Of a stretch of DNA of 64,000 bases, positions 38,413-54,166 are shown one piece after another (positions within the stretch are counted from its first letter, which is position 1; the number at the start of each line of letters is the position of its first letter). The notes below the pieces were generated by a model that ran no database searches, was not told the DNA's origin, and saw only the letters and a program-made list of their open reading frames with translations. The stretch is from the NCBI GenBank assembly GCA_964016885.1, contig OZ024754.1, positions 62,001 through 126,000 of the forward strand. The letters run 5' to 3'. This DNA comes from Eledone cirrhosa (lineage: Eukaryota). Made by a program: the position numbers and the translations under genes.

Positions 38413-38627
38413 TTATATACATACATACATGCCTACGTATATATTATACATATATAATTGTTTCTAACTATATTTATATATGTATACAAATATATATATA
38501 TACATATATATACACACATATATATACACACACGTACATTTATACATATGTACACTCCTAAATCTCTCTTCCTCTCTTTCTCTCTCTATTTATATATATA
38601 TATATATATACCTACACACACACATAT

Positions 38628-38665
<38 letters not shown>

Positions 38666-38995
38666 CCTACACACGCACACACATATATATATATGCGCAA
38701 GCGTATGTTTGTGTGTGTGTGTTCGCGTGCATCTGTATGCATTTAGAGGGGGGGGGGGGCGCATGTAGCACTTGTTTGACATTGAAACATTATCGATGCC
38801 AAGTATCTTACTTTCCAGTGAACCTGAGCACACACATACATACGCACGCACGCACGCACGCACGCGCGCGCGCGCACACACACACACGTATGTATGTATG
38901 TATGTATGTATGTATGTATGTGTGCATATATATGCACACATACATACACCTAACGCTTATAACACACGCTACAAACATTCACATATACACAAGGG

Positions 38996-39036
<41 letters not shown>

Positions 39037-39039
<3 letters not shown>

Positions 39040-39375
39040 TATAAAATAACAGGAGGCTGGACTGGTGTAAATCCTTTGAAAGGTTTATTATACCATGATC
39101 ATTTCAATGACCGGGTTCAGTATAAATCCGGTGACATCATCAGGTATTCAAAATATAACAAAGGAATATAACAGATAAAATCCATGGGGCTGAAAATCAA
39201 CGACAAGAGGACGACCGAGTATTTAACAGCTTCTACCTCAATCGGCCGTCCTTGTTATATTTTGAATACATGATGATATCACCGGATTCATACGGAACCG
39301 GGTCATTGAAATGATCATAGTATAATAAACCTTTCAAGGATTTACACAAGTCCAGCCTCCTGTTATTTTATAATA
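39037..39375. mobile_element. Fold-back element: two inverted ~130-bp arms, each carrying a hammerhead motif (39090-39147 minus; 39266-39323 plus)
   Basis: ATAC-(C/A)TGATGA-T..ACCGG..CCGG.TCATT-GAAA-TGATC-AT(G/A)-GTAT; arms are reverse complements. Confidence 0.75.
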
Positions 39376-39878
39376 ATTAACTCCGTACTCGCACCACCAA
39401 CTACACAAACGAAGACGGGTGAGTTGCATTACGTTGAGTGCTCTCCATAATATTACATCGAGATTGACCATACGGAATGACCAATTCTATCTAGTGGCGA
39501 ACCAACAAACCTAAATATATATATACGTATGCATATATATATATATACACACATATATACATATGTATATATATATATGTATGTATGCATATATATATAC
39601 ACACATATATACATATGTATATATATATATATGTATGTATGCATATATATACACACATATATGTATATGTATATATATATATGTATGTATATGTATATGC
39701 ACACACAGACAAACTCACAGATACAAGTGAAAAGGGAGTACTCCAATCAGTCGTCTCTTAACTTGCTAGAAACACCAGCCAAATTCGCTTCAGATCAATT
39801 CAAGCCGCATGAAACAAGGTATATCAAACTGGGAGAGGCAATCTGGTTCTAGATTTTCTTTTGGTTCTACCTGGGATC

Positions 39879-40642
39879 TATGTATATATATATATATGTA
39901 TATATATACATATATATATGTATATATATACATATATATGTATATATATACATATATATGTATATATATATACATATATATGTATATATATATACATATA
40001 TATGTATATATATACATATATATATGTATATATATACATATATATGTATATATATATACATATATATATATGTATATATATATACATATATATATACATA
40101 TATATATGTATATATATACATATATATGTATATATATATACATATATATATATGTATATATATATACATATATATATATACATATATATATGTATATATA
40201 TACATATATATGTATATATATATACATATATATATATGTATATATATATACATATATATATATACATATATATATATGTATATATATACATATATATGTA
40301 TATATATATACATATATATATATGTATATATATATACATATATATATATGTATATATATATACATATATATATATGTATATATATTTACATATATATATA
40401 TGTATATATATATACATATATATATATACATATATATGTATATATATATACATATATATGTATATATATATACATATATATGTATATATATATACATATA
40501 TATATATACATATATATGTATATATATATACATATATATATGTATATATATACATATATATATGTATATATATACATATATATGTGTATATATATACATA
40601 TATATGTGTATATATATACATATATATATACATATATATATG

Positions 40643-40673
<31 letters not shown>

Positions 40674-41700
40674 GTATATATATACATATATATGTATATA
40701 TATATGTATATATGTATGTATATATATACATATATATGTATATATATATGTATATATATATGTATATATGTATGTATATATATACATATATATGTATATA
40801 TATATGTATATATATATGTATATATGTATGTATATATGTATGTATATATATACATATATATGTATATATATATGTATATATGTATATATATATGTATATA
40901 TGTATATATATATGTATATATATATGTATATATGTATATATATATGTATATATATACATATATATGTATATATATACATATATATGTATATATATATGTA
41001 TATATATATGTATATATGTATATATATATGTATATATATACATATATATGTATATATATACATATATATGTATATATATACATATATATGTATATATATA
41101 TGTATATATATACATATATATGTATATATATATGTATATATATACATATATATGTATATATATATGTATATATGTATATATATATGTATATATATACATA
41201 TATATGTATATATATATGTATATATATACATATATATGTATATATATATGTATATATATACATATATATGTATATATATATGTATATATATACATATATA
41301 TGTATATATATATGTATATATATACATATATATGTATATATATATGTGTATATATATATGTATATATGTATATATATATGTATATATATATATGTATATA
41401 TATATGTATATATGTATATATATATGTATATATATATATGTATATATATACATATATATGTATATATATATGTATATATATATGTATATATATACATATA
41501 TATATATATGTATATATATATGTATATATATATGTATATATATACATATATATGTATATATATCTGTATATATATACATATATATGTATATATATCTGTA
41601 TATATATACATATATATGTATATATATCTGTATATATATATATATACATGTATATATATATCTGTATATATATATACATGTATATATATATATATGTATA
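39879..41700. repeat. ~1.8-kb interrupted (TA)n tract
   Basis: TATATACA/TATATG units. Confidence 0.98.
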
Positions 41701-41944
41701 ACTTTGAATAACTTTGAAATGTTTTGGCCAGTATTGGCCCAGGCCATGTCTAACTTAATAGCACCACCTGGCGAAGTCTTTCATTTCAGGATTTGGGCAC
41801 CATGGCCCATTCGAGAAGAGAATTACTGTTTGCGGAGACATATCCGGGTGTGGGTGGTTTGTCCGGGATTACTTGGAGGAATTTGTCCAAAGACTTCTTG
41901 AATTTTGTGTGGTCAGTTTCTGTTTTGACGTGTCCTGGTGTGAT

Positions 41945-41945
<1 letters not shown>
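41700..41945 (-). mobile_element. CR1-group LINE 3' end
   Basis: [30 protein letters not shown] followed by a short 3' UTR ending in duplicated TTCAAAGTTA. Confidence 0.8.
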
Positions 41946-43394
<1,449 letters not shown>

Positions 43395-43853
43395 GTACAT
43401 ATTGTTAGTATTCCGTTTAAAAAAAAATGGCCGCTATTTCAATCAGATTCTCTAAATATTTAAATGGTTTCTCCTTATAATTATAAAATTTCAACTTTCC
43501 TCTGATTTTTTATCTTATTTTAGCCTGTTTAAGTTGCATCTATTTCTACACCCACCGTATCATCCCTCTGTGGAATAAACCGAGGTTATGGATACGAGAT
43601 CAAATGGAAGTCGTTTTATTTTATTTTATTCAGTTTTTCAGTTATTTTTTAATTTTTACCGTTTCTTTAGAGAATTATAGCATTTATTTATAAGTTCATT
43701 AACAAATACAAATATCGAACGAAGAAAGTACAAACGTTTCCTATTGGAATATAATTTCTTTAAAAAAAACAAGCAGAAAAAACAATAAATTTATGAATGA
43801 ATTCCTACTGACTCCTGGCATGACATCATGCATAATTACACCCCCACACACAT

Positions 43854-43916
<63 letters not shown>

Positions 43917-44696
43917 CACACACATACATCCCTATATATATATATAAATATACACACACATGCACTATTTACCCTATCAAGTTATGAAGATGTACTTGTG
44001 CTGTTGAAAGTGATACGCCAAAATGTGTAAAGAAGCCGATAAACGCTTGTTGTTCTTGTTGTTGTTGTTCTTGTTCTGCTGCTGCTTTTTCTTCTGCTGC
44101 TGCTACTGCTGCTGCTGCTGCTTGTTGTTGCTGTTGTTGTTGTTAATTTGAGGGAGCGCCAAAGTTGATTTTATCAACCCCTTTACTTGACTGATGAACT
44201 TTCTCTAACTATTGCGGGTGTATGAAAGACAAAGTTGACGTTGATGGGATTAGTACCAGTTCTGTCAATCGATCTCCCTGATATTTAACTCCATCTGACA
44301 CCCATTATATAAAAATAATCCCGAAAGAACACAGAGATTTAATGGAGAAATAAGTCAACTCCATAACCGGGCAGTGGTCCAATGTAGACGTTTGAACAAC
44401 TCTAGACCGCCTCTAACAAGTAGAGACAAAATAAGAGTTGTGTTGGATGACAGATGTTGACTTTGATGGCGAAGATAATTCGAACATTTGGCAAATATTC
44501 TAACTCTCTCTTAATGTTCACATCATTGGCAAAATAGTATATCAAGCTGGTATCTCTGTTGTGTATTACAGTTAGTGTATTAGGGTGTATTACAGTTAGT
44601 GTATTAGGGTGTATTACATTATTTAGGTAGATAACGAAAGTGCTACACCAGGTATTATGTATGTATTTATACATACACACACACGAACACACACAC

Positions 44697-44753
<57 letters not shown>

Positions 44754-44880
44754 TATGGATATATATAAACACACACAGAAAGAGAGAGAGAGAGAGAAAC
44801 ATATATACATAAACGCATACGTACTTAAATACATTATAAAAACAAAGAAAACAACAATCATATACATACATATATACAAC

Positions 44881-44932
<52 letters not shown>

Positions 44933-45089
44933 GTAGAAAGATTTGTAAGTAGGACAAAGTCAAGTGACCGAACGTTTAATTATCCTTTGTCTGGTTCCAT
45001 TCTCGAACGTAGCTAGGTCAAGGTTACTGGTGCCTTTGTCTTAGATTTAGACAAAGCTGCGTGTATACACACGCACACGCACATACATA

Positions 45090-45129
<40 letters not shown>

Positions 45130-45134
45130 CATAC

Positions 45135-45197
<63 letters not shown>

Positions 45198-45202
45198 CAT
45201 AC

Positions 45203-45265
<63 letters not shown>

Positions 45266-45336
45266 CATATATATATATATACATATACATATACATATAT
45301 ATATATATACATATATATACATATATATATATATAC

Positions 45337-45387
<51 letters not shown>

Positions 45388-46252
45388 TACATACATATAT
45401 TTATATGTATATATACATATATACATACATATACATATATACATATATATATGTATATATACATACATATATACATACATATGTATATATATCTGTGTAT
45501 ATATATATATATATATATTTAGAGTTTGGGTGTGTCTCGTTAGAGGGAGAGAAATATTGGAGAAAGTAACGGGAAGAGGATGACTGTAGTTTATATTGTG
45601 GTGGTGGTGGTGGTGACGATGGTGATGGTGGTGGTGGTGGTAACGATGGCGATGGTGATGATGATGATGATCTCCAGCCTCATTGCCATTACGGGAAAGA
45701 AGGGGAGGGGTTTGAGGGGACGAGGACAATGGAAGAGGGGGGAGGAGATGAAGAACAGAAGAAGATTAACAACAACAACAACAACAACAGACAGAGGAGG
45801 AATAGTTAAATAAGAATACAGAAGACAATTGTTGAATCCGGCATTAATCTGTGTGTGTATATATATGTATATATATATGTATGTATATATATATATGCAC
45901 ACATATATCTGTACATACATACACATATATATGTGCACACACATTAGTTTGTGTAAACACACATTTATCTGCACACACACAGACATATTAACTTGTTCAT
46001 ACACAATAATTTGTGCACATACACAATAATTTGTGCACATACACACATTATTTTATATATACATACACGCACTTGTTTGTACACACGCATACATTCACGC
46101 ATCAATGTGTACATATACAAACACATCCTATATATATATTCATATATACACACAGACGCATTTAACTGTACATACGTACACACACACACACACATAATAC
46201 AACCTTCTAAATAACAATACATATAACAACATATTAGCAACATATGAATATA

Positions 46253-46940
46253 TATATATATCTACACACACGTACGTACACATATATGAAGATATATATC
46301 TACACACTCGTACGTACACATATATGAAGATATATATCTACACACTCGTACGTACACATATATGAAGATATATATCTACACACTCGTACGTACACATATA
46401 TGAAGATATATATCTACACACTCGTACGTACACATATATGAAGATATATATCTACACACTCATACGTACACATATATGAAGATATATATCTACACACACG
46501 TACGTACACATATATGAAGATATATATCTACACACTCGTACGTACACATATATGAAGATATATATCTACACACTCGTACGTACACATATATGAAGATATA
46601 TATCTACACACTCATACGTACACATATATGAAGATATATATCTACACACTCATACGTACACATATATGAAGATATATATCTACACACTCGTACGTACACA
46701 TATATGAAGATATATATCTACACACTCATACGTACACATATATGAAGATATATATCTACACACACGTACGTACATATACATATATGAAGATATATATCTA
46801 CAAACACGTACGTACATATATATATATGAAGATATATATCTACACACACGTACGTACACACATATGAAGACATACATGTCCACACATATATATGAAGATA
46901 TATATGTACACACACATACGTACATAGATGAAGACATACA
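46253..46940. repeat. 38-bp minisatellite, more than 15 copies
   Basis: ATATATATCTACACACTCGTACGTACACATATATGAAG. Confidence 0.95.
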
Positions 46941-48971
46941 TGTACACACGTGCGTACACATTTATATGGACTCCCAGATATATTAAGGTTCAATTCCTAT
47001 TAAACATTCTCTCTCTTCTACCTCTTCCCTTCTCTATCTCTCTCTCTCTCTCTCCCGTTGTGCGTGCATGCGCGTGTAGGACTTCCGTGTGACTGCGTGT
47101 ATGTAGAAAGAGTGATAGCGAGGTTAAAGTACTCGCATACACACACACATACATACATAGACGCACGCACGCACCCCAACATATATGTATGTTTGTATAT
47201 AAACACACACACACATATCTATATATGTGTGCGTTTTTATATATATATATATATACGCTTACAAACTCCCACACACATACATACATATATATACATATGC
47301 AACCATATATGTGTGCACGTGTGTTTATATATGTATATGTATGTACTTATGACAGTGTGTGTATATTAGATACGACTGTGTTCGAATTTAATCTTTTCAA
47401 AAAACCTTTCCATATTATTCTGTTTAGATTCCAGCAACGACTTTCCTCGTTGCATCAGCCACCAACCCATTGACGTCTATTGACATCTCCAGGTCTTCAC
47501 GACTTCATCTTCAGCATAAATGGTCATAATTGTGGGAATAATCTTCAACGCTGAAGGTGTATATACTTATATACATACATATTATATATATATATCAATA
47601 TATATATATGTAAGTATGTATGTACGTATACATACATACATATATGTATACAGACGCACACGCAGCATGTGCATATATATAAATACATGCACACGTATAT
47701 ATATATGCACGTATCGGTTCACCGAACATTTATTATAATGCTCGGTTTGTTTGTTTGTAAACAAACAGCCCGAATATGTATACATACATACTTACATTTA
47801 AGTAAGTGCCGTGCTAAGAGTGAGAAATGAAATTTCGTTTCATTCTATTCCATTCAATATATATATAGTCTTATTGAACGAGTGATCACCAGTTAAACGC
47901 AGCCATTTATGTCGTCCTAAGCTACTCACTTGAACGTCAAATATATGTTACCATGACAGTCAAGTGCTGCAAGGTGTCTTCTTTGGGCAATAAAATAAGT
48001 TTCCACCAAAGATTTCATGATTAACATCATTTAATTTCGTCAACGGAGGCATAAACCTAAGTGGAGACGAGATCTAGCCTGTAGAGTATCGAGAATTTCC
48101 AACTACTGGACCAAGATTAATATTCGTTAGAAATAAATTAGCAGAGAGAAACTCGGCGAAGAAATGACATTTCAAAATATTTCCCAAAGGTTATTTTTTC
48201 AGTCCAGTTTTTGGAATACATTGCCCAACTTTGTTTTTCATCCATCTGAGTTCGATAAAATATAATACCAGTTAAATAATGAGGTCCTTATATTCAACCT
48301 TTCCCTTCCCAAAATCTTCTGATCTTTTGCTTGAATTAAAAGTCATTGTAGCATACTAGAGAGTTGAAATGAGCGGAGAAATTGGGAAGATTCTGGCAAA
48401 GAATGGCTACAGCCCTTAACAGAGAGGGAGAAAGAAAAAGGAGTCGCTCTTCAAAACGGAGAAAAGAAACAATGTTTACATTAGAGTTGAGATTGTTGAT
48501 AATGTACGTCGGTCGCAACTTCTGGCAGAAGGAGTTTGAATTCAGAAGTCACAAAACCAAATCAGATATCGTAAAGTTTCCCGTGCGACTTTTTAACAAT
48601 CCCGTGAATTCATCACCCCTTGGATTAACATTAACACGAGAAAATTAGCAAAACTAAGGATTTGTTGCTGGTGAAATTGGCGCTGTTATTTGAAAGGGCT
48701 GCTAGACAAGTTCATGAAATTTAGGTAAACAGGCCAAGATGTCGTCTTTACTGACGTCATTTTGGAGACAACAATTGGGTAGGTTAGTATGTAAGTAGCG
48801 CCCCCCCCACATACACACACACATACACACACACACATACACACACACACATACACACACACACATACACACACACACACACACACATACACACACACAC
48901 ATATATATACATTCATGAATATTTATTTATATGTATGTATATACATATATCTATAACCATCAATTTCCTTC

Positions 48972-49003
<32 letters not shown>

Positions 49004-49238
49004 GTATATTTGTTTGTGTGTGTGTATATATATATATATATACGTATATAGATATATAATGTGTTTGTGTTGTGAGAATGTAGTCCGGGGGTGAGGCTGA
49101 GAGGAGTGATGGTATGGGGGCAATCTCGTAATTATAATTGGTCTTTCTACACACAGACATGTGTACTATAAACACACACACACGTATACAAATACACATG
49201 TATGTATATATATATATATATGCACGTATATGTACATG

Positions 49239-49293
<55 letters not shown>

Positions 49294-49382
49294 GAAGTAA
49301 TTCCGTCGGAATATATAAATATCTGCTTTCAAGAAACCACTGGTAAATGAAATAATTATCTTATGTTGTTTATTACATAACT

Positions 49383-49415
<33 letters not shown>

Positions 49416-49440
49416 TATATATATACACACACATATATAT

Positions 49441-49510
<70 letters not shown>

Positions 49511-49512
<2 letters not shown>

Positions 49513-50170
49513 CATTTCTGAATTTGTTTAGCAAGTGTGTTGAAACCGATATTTTTATACTTTGGGAGGGTCATGTTGCCAATAAGAAACACACGCACCA
49601 GTTGCTTTCACAACATAAGGGTAAATTAAAGAACATAGAAATAAAAATAGAATCTACACACAGAAAAGACGCAATGTTTAGACAAATCACAGAGGCAATA
49701 AACATAAATGAACTTCAACCAAAATTAAATAGAAAGCATGAATGGAATAGCAACATCACAACTTACAATTAAGGACAAAATGAAAACACACATAGAACAA
49801 ACAACCAACCAGTAACATGTAAATAAACAAATAAATAAACAAATATAAACACACACACAGACACCCGGATGTGGCGCATGCGCAAACTAAGCACACAACA
49901 CACACAAAAACAAGATGGCGTAGGACAGAACATAGGAGAGGCACAAAAAACAAAGAAAAGAATCCCCAGTCACTGAAGAGGTCACAGAATGTGTGACGAA
50001 AGAACTTTGACAATAGATGAACAATCGTCTGGTTGTGGAACCAACCAACCAACCGGAAATTTATAAATTCCTAAATTTCTAAATTTAATATATAATAAAT
50101 TGAAGTGAAAGCAACTGGTGCGTGTGTTTCTTATTGGCAACATGACCCCCCCCCCCCAAAGTATAACAAT
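49511..50170 (+). mobile_element. Penelope-like element 3' fragment: GIY-YIG C-terminus, hammerhead motif and inverted terminal segment
   Basis: [36 protein letters not shown] (49612-49772). GTCA-CTGAAGAG-GTCACA(GAATG)TGTGAC-GAAA-GAA-CTT-TGAC (49969-50011). ~49550-49610 is inverted at ~50106-50170. (TA)n flanks. Confidence 0.75.
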
Positions 50171-50421
50171 ATATATTTATATATACATATATATATACAT
50201 ATATATATACATATATATACATATATATATATATATATACATGAACATATATATACATATATATATACATATATATATATACATGAACATATTCATGCAT
50301 ATATATACATTTACATATATATGCATATACATACACATACATATACGTACATGCATATATATGTGTGTGTATGTATATGCACATATATATATATGTGTGT
50401 ATATATATATATGTGTGTGTA

Positions 50422-50464
<43 letters not shown>

Positions 50465-50474
50465 ATGTATATGC

Positions 50475-50523
<49 letters not shown>

Positions 50524-50885
50524 TATGTGTGTGTGTGTAACTATGTATCTAAGTATCTATGAAATCAATGCATGTAGCCTCACAGGAACGCACGAAGGTG
50601 ATATTAAAACAAGATTCATGCAATACATGTGACGTCATCAGCAAGGTTTGACGTCATTTGTGATGATGTTAAAGTTGAGACAATTACCACCATAAATATA
50701 AGGTTTTAGTACTTCTTACTACTGACCTAGTTAACTACCAGCATCTGTGTTTATCTCTGACCTTGTAAAGTGTGTAGTTAATGTAATGCATATAGTATAC
50801 ATTACATACATACATTACATACGTACATACATACATACATACATACATTACATACATACATACATTACGTACATACGTACATGCG

Positions 50886-51460
50886 TACATGGTGGCTGCC
50901 AACTCGTTTTCGAGTACGGCCACTACTTTATATCCATGTAGGAGAACCCCTACCGATGCGCTGAACGAGTGTGACTTTTTAGTCCAGCCAGCGACTTGAA
51001 AACTCTGGTACAAACACTACACTTGTGACAATTATTGACACACAGTGCTGGGCCCATGGTACCATGTGATGACAAGTGCAGAGAGATCTCCAGATATAAG
51101 GCAATGCCTGTGCCGTGAAGCTTTTATAGTGAGCAAAGGCACTGCACAAAGCCAGTCCCACTCTCTTAACCAAGATGATATTTACCAAAAAGAAGAACAA
51201 GTCAACATCATTGGATACCATCCGGGTTGCAGGTGTTATATCAGAGTTTTCTTTCTCCTAGAATTCTGCCTTGACAAAGGCTAAGGGGTCATCTCTCTCG
51301 GTGATTTTGGATGGCCATTAGAGCTCCTTTGACAGGTTTTGTTTTTAGTCCTGCAGGATGTCCAAAGTCACCCTCCTCACCAAGACACCTTGGTGGGGTT
51401 GCCAGTTTAGTCGCCAATGACCCGACCATGAGACAGGTTGTACTGGGATGCATGTTACCA
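50886..51460 (-). mobile_element. Bipartite non-autonomous RTE derivative (5' UTR fused to ORF end with C2H2 finger and 3' UTR)
   Basis: RTE 5'-UTR motif CTAGGAGAAAGAAAACTCTGA (51241-51261); HKCSVCTRVFKSLAGLKSHTRSAHR* (50950-51027); (CATA)n on both sides. Confidence 0.7.
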
Positions 51461-51489
51461 TACATACATACATACATACATACATACAT

Positions 51490-51530
<41 letters not shown>

Positions 51531-51576
51531 TACATATATATATATATACATACATACATACATGCATATATACATA

Positions 51577-51733
51577 TGGAGCTACAGGTTATATACCAAC
51601 CTGCTTGGACCAAAGTATGACTGAACTGGGATTTGCGGACAAAGAGCGCAGTCCCTAATTCATAGTCTACAAATGGCTGCGATAGCTGGCACCTTCAAAA
51701 TTTGCAAAACATTCTTGCGATTCAAGGGATGAT
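51577..51733 (+). mobile_element. R4/Dong-like RLE non-LTR ORF C-terminus
   Basis: GATGYIPTCLDQSMTELGF..KERS/LIHSLQMAAIAGTFKICKTFLRFKG* (one frameshift). Confidence 0.7.
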
Positions 51734-51762
51734 TCGGACGCTAGTCCTTCATCAGAAGATAG
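51733..51762 (-). ncRNA. Truncated Penelope-type hammerhead motif
   Basis: Minus: CTGATGAA-GGAC(TAGC)GTCC-GAA then breaks at the R4-like junction. Confidence 0.55.
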
Positions 51763-52084
51763 AATTAGAAATAAAAGACAAAGAAGAAAGATAAAGAGTG
51801 AGAAGAGGAAGAAAGGGAGAAAAAGGTGAAAAACACACGTGCTTATTCAGTCGACCATTATATATATCCCTGTGTACACATAACATTTGATTCAGCGAGT
51901 ACAGTATTGATTTAAATATCAATTGTATGTATTCATGTATGGACACGTAACTCCTCATAGTATCATAGGTGGAGCCCCACCCCCCTCACCTGGTCTGAAC
52001 ACCTGGATTTCTTCCAGATAAATTGAGATTGCGAGTGATTACGTAAGAAAAAGTTACAAAGAAAGAATCAGGCTGAGTACTAGC

Positions 52085-52410
52085 CTCGACTGGTTCAGTA
52101 TTTATCGACCTGGAATGAACGAAAGACAAAGATGACCTCGGTGAGTTTTGAACTCAGAGAGCGCTAACAACCAGAACAAATGCCACAAGGTATTCCACCC
52201 GACGTTCTAACAACTACATCAATCCACCCTCTTGTGTATATTTACACCCTAATATATTTATACAAAATATATATTCATTTTAGGTGGCAAATTGGTAGAG
52301 TCATTAGAACGTCAGCTTAAAGGATTGAGTTCAAATCCCGCCGAGGTCAACTTTGTATTTCATCCATTCAAGGTCTATAAAAAAAGTACCAGTGAAACAC
52401 TGGCTGGGGT
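52085..52410. mobile_element. Two diverged octopus-type SINEs in opposite orientation (~52085-52228 minus; ~52283-52410 plus)
   Basis: GACCTCGGTGAGTTTTGAACTCAG and GAGTTCAAATCCCGCCGAGGTCAACTTTG. Confidence 0.7.
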
Positions 52411-52942
52411 CTATTCTTCCTCTAATATCTCTTTCTCACTTCTATTCTCTCATTCACTCTATCCTTTTTTGGAAGAACCTTGCTGTATTTTATACCTGAG
52501 GAGGGATGGGATCCACCAGGATTAAAATATGGAGAAACGTGGTATGTCAATACGGCGTCCCTACGACAGCACCTGGAGTTGCGGGACCATAGCAAAGTGT
52601 AGTATATGTCATATAATGGTATTATAACAGATAGCAAGGTCAAAGCCAGCAAGAACTCTAGACTACAATGCCACTATTGTTCATTATAATATACACACGT
52701 TACTATATACACGTTACTATACACACGTTACTATATACGCAATTGTTCATTGCTATATACACAATTGGTGTGAAATATGAAGTCCTTATTGTCTTCCAGT
52801 TTGATGAATATTATTTTAATTTTTAATTGAACACAATGCGAATATTTAAAGCTCACCCTTATATATATGTGTGTGTGTAGGTGTGCGTGTGTGTGTATGT
52901 GTGTGTGTAGGTGTGCGTGTGTGTGTGTGTGTGTGTGTGTAT

Positions 52943-53144
52943 ATACAAGTGTCGGATGAAAAGTACATAGGCTTACAACGAAGCAGTGATGCTAGAGCTA
53001 CGAAATCTTGCATACATTCATTTCAACTCCTCTTATTAATAACTGCATTGTTTATTTCCAAGGACTATGTTGAAAAATAAACCTCATTTGGTCATTCCAT
53101 GAGAGTATCTTGGTCAGACTATACACTTTTCCCTCGCACTTTGT
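52943..53144 (+). mobile_element. Mariner-derived MITE/deletion derivative
   Basis: TA-flanked imperfect TIRs TACAAGTG..GAAAAGT / ACTTTTC..CACTTTGTA; encodes the DYVEK* transposase tail. Confidence 0.6.
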
Positions 53145-53874
53145 ATGTATGTATGTATGTATGTATGTATGTATGTATGTATGTATGTATGTATGTATGT
53201 ATGTATACATGCATGCATGAGGTCGTATACGAGTATACTTGCAAGTTTCAAATTTGTTTTTATAATCTTTTAAGAATAAACAACTTAATAAATGAATTTC
53301 TGATTTTAAAAAAAATGGCTTCAACTGAATGAGTTTCTAAATGAGTATATTGTGTGACAATAAAGGAGGGTACTAAGTAGAAAATTAAAAGGGAGCTGCA
53401 TTGAAAGAAGAAGGTGTATGATATAAGGTGTATGATAGAGGGCGTATGAAAGGGAGTGAGATGAAAGGGAGAGTAAGATGAATAGTTATGTTCTATATAA
53501 TGGTAACCTTTAAAGCGAAATTCAATATTTATGATATCGAAGTTAAAACGATCCTAATTAAAAATCGTTTGATTAATAAATGAGATAAGTTTTATTCATG
53601 TTTCAAGTTAATCGACTTTTAATATTTCTCAAGTAGGAATAAATGTTTCTAAATTAGGCGAAAGACTAGCAATTTGTTGCCGATAGTGGTGGCTTGCATG
53701 CATGGTCCTGTAACGTTTGAAGGCGCCGTAGGGGCAGAATATTGACATACGCGGCGTTTGTAGAGCATTAAACAAACCCTGATGGAGCCCAGGTCTGAAT
53801 AGGACAGATTTCTCCCAGTGAAGGATAGAGAGAGTGAGAGAACGGAAGTGAAAAAGAGGTATAAAGGAGAATCG

Positions 53875-53990
53875 AACCCAGTAGCAGAATGGTACTTTTT
53901 TATCGGTCTTGAATGGATGAAATGCAAAGTTGACAACGGTGGGATTTGAACTCTGAGAGCAGAAACAAATAACGCAAAGCATTCTATCCA
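53875..53990 (-). mobile_element. Octopus-type SINE fragment
   Basis: TGGTACTTTTTTATCGGTCTTGAATGGATGAAATGCAAAGTTGAC..GGGATTTGAACTC. Confidence 0.7.
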
Positions 53991-54166
53991 GAGAGAGAGA
54001 GAGAGAGAGAGATAGGGGGGGGGGGGTATGAGCTGCAACAGAAATGAAACATGGATTACAGGTTAAAATATAGTCTAGATAGATGTGAAACAAAACGAGG
54101 ATGTAGTTTATGGAACACCCAAATGATTTAGAAGTCCACTTGAAGTAGGAGCAATAACATTAAGAA

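Noticed and set aside
47428-47556. Possible internal exon (TTTAG...GAAG/GT)
   Set aside because: Stop codons in all three plus-strand frames; no partner exons identified.
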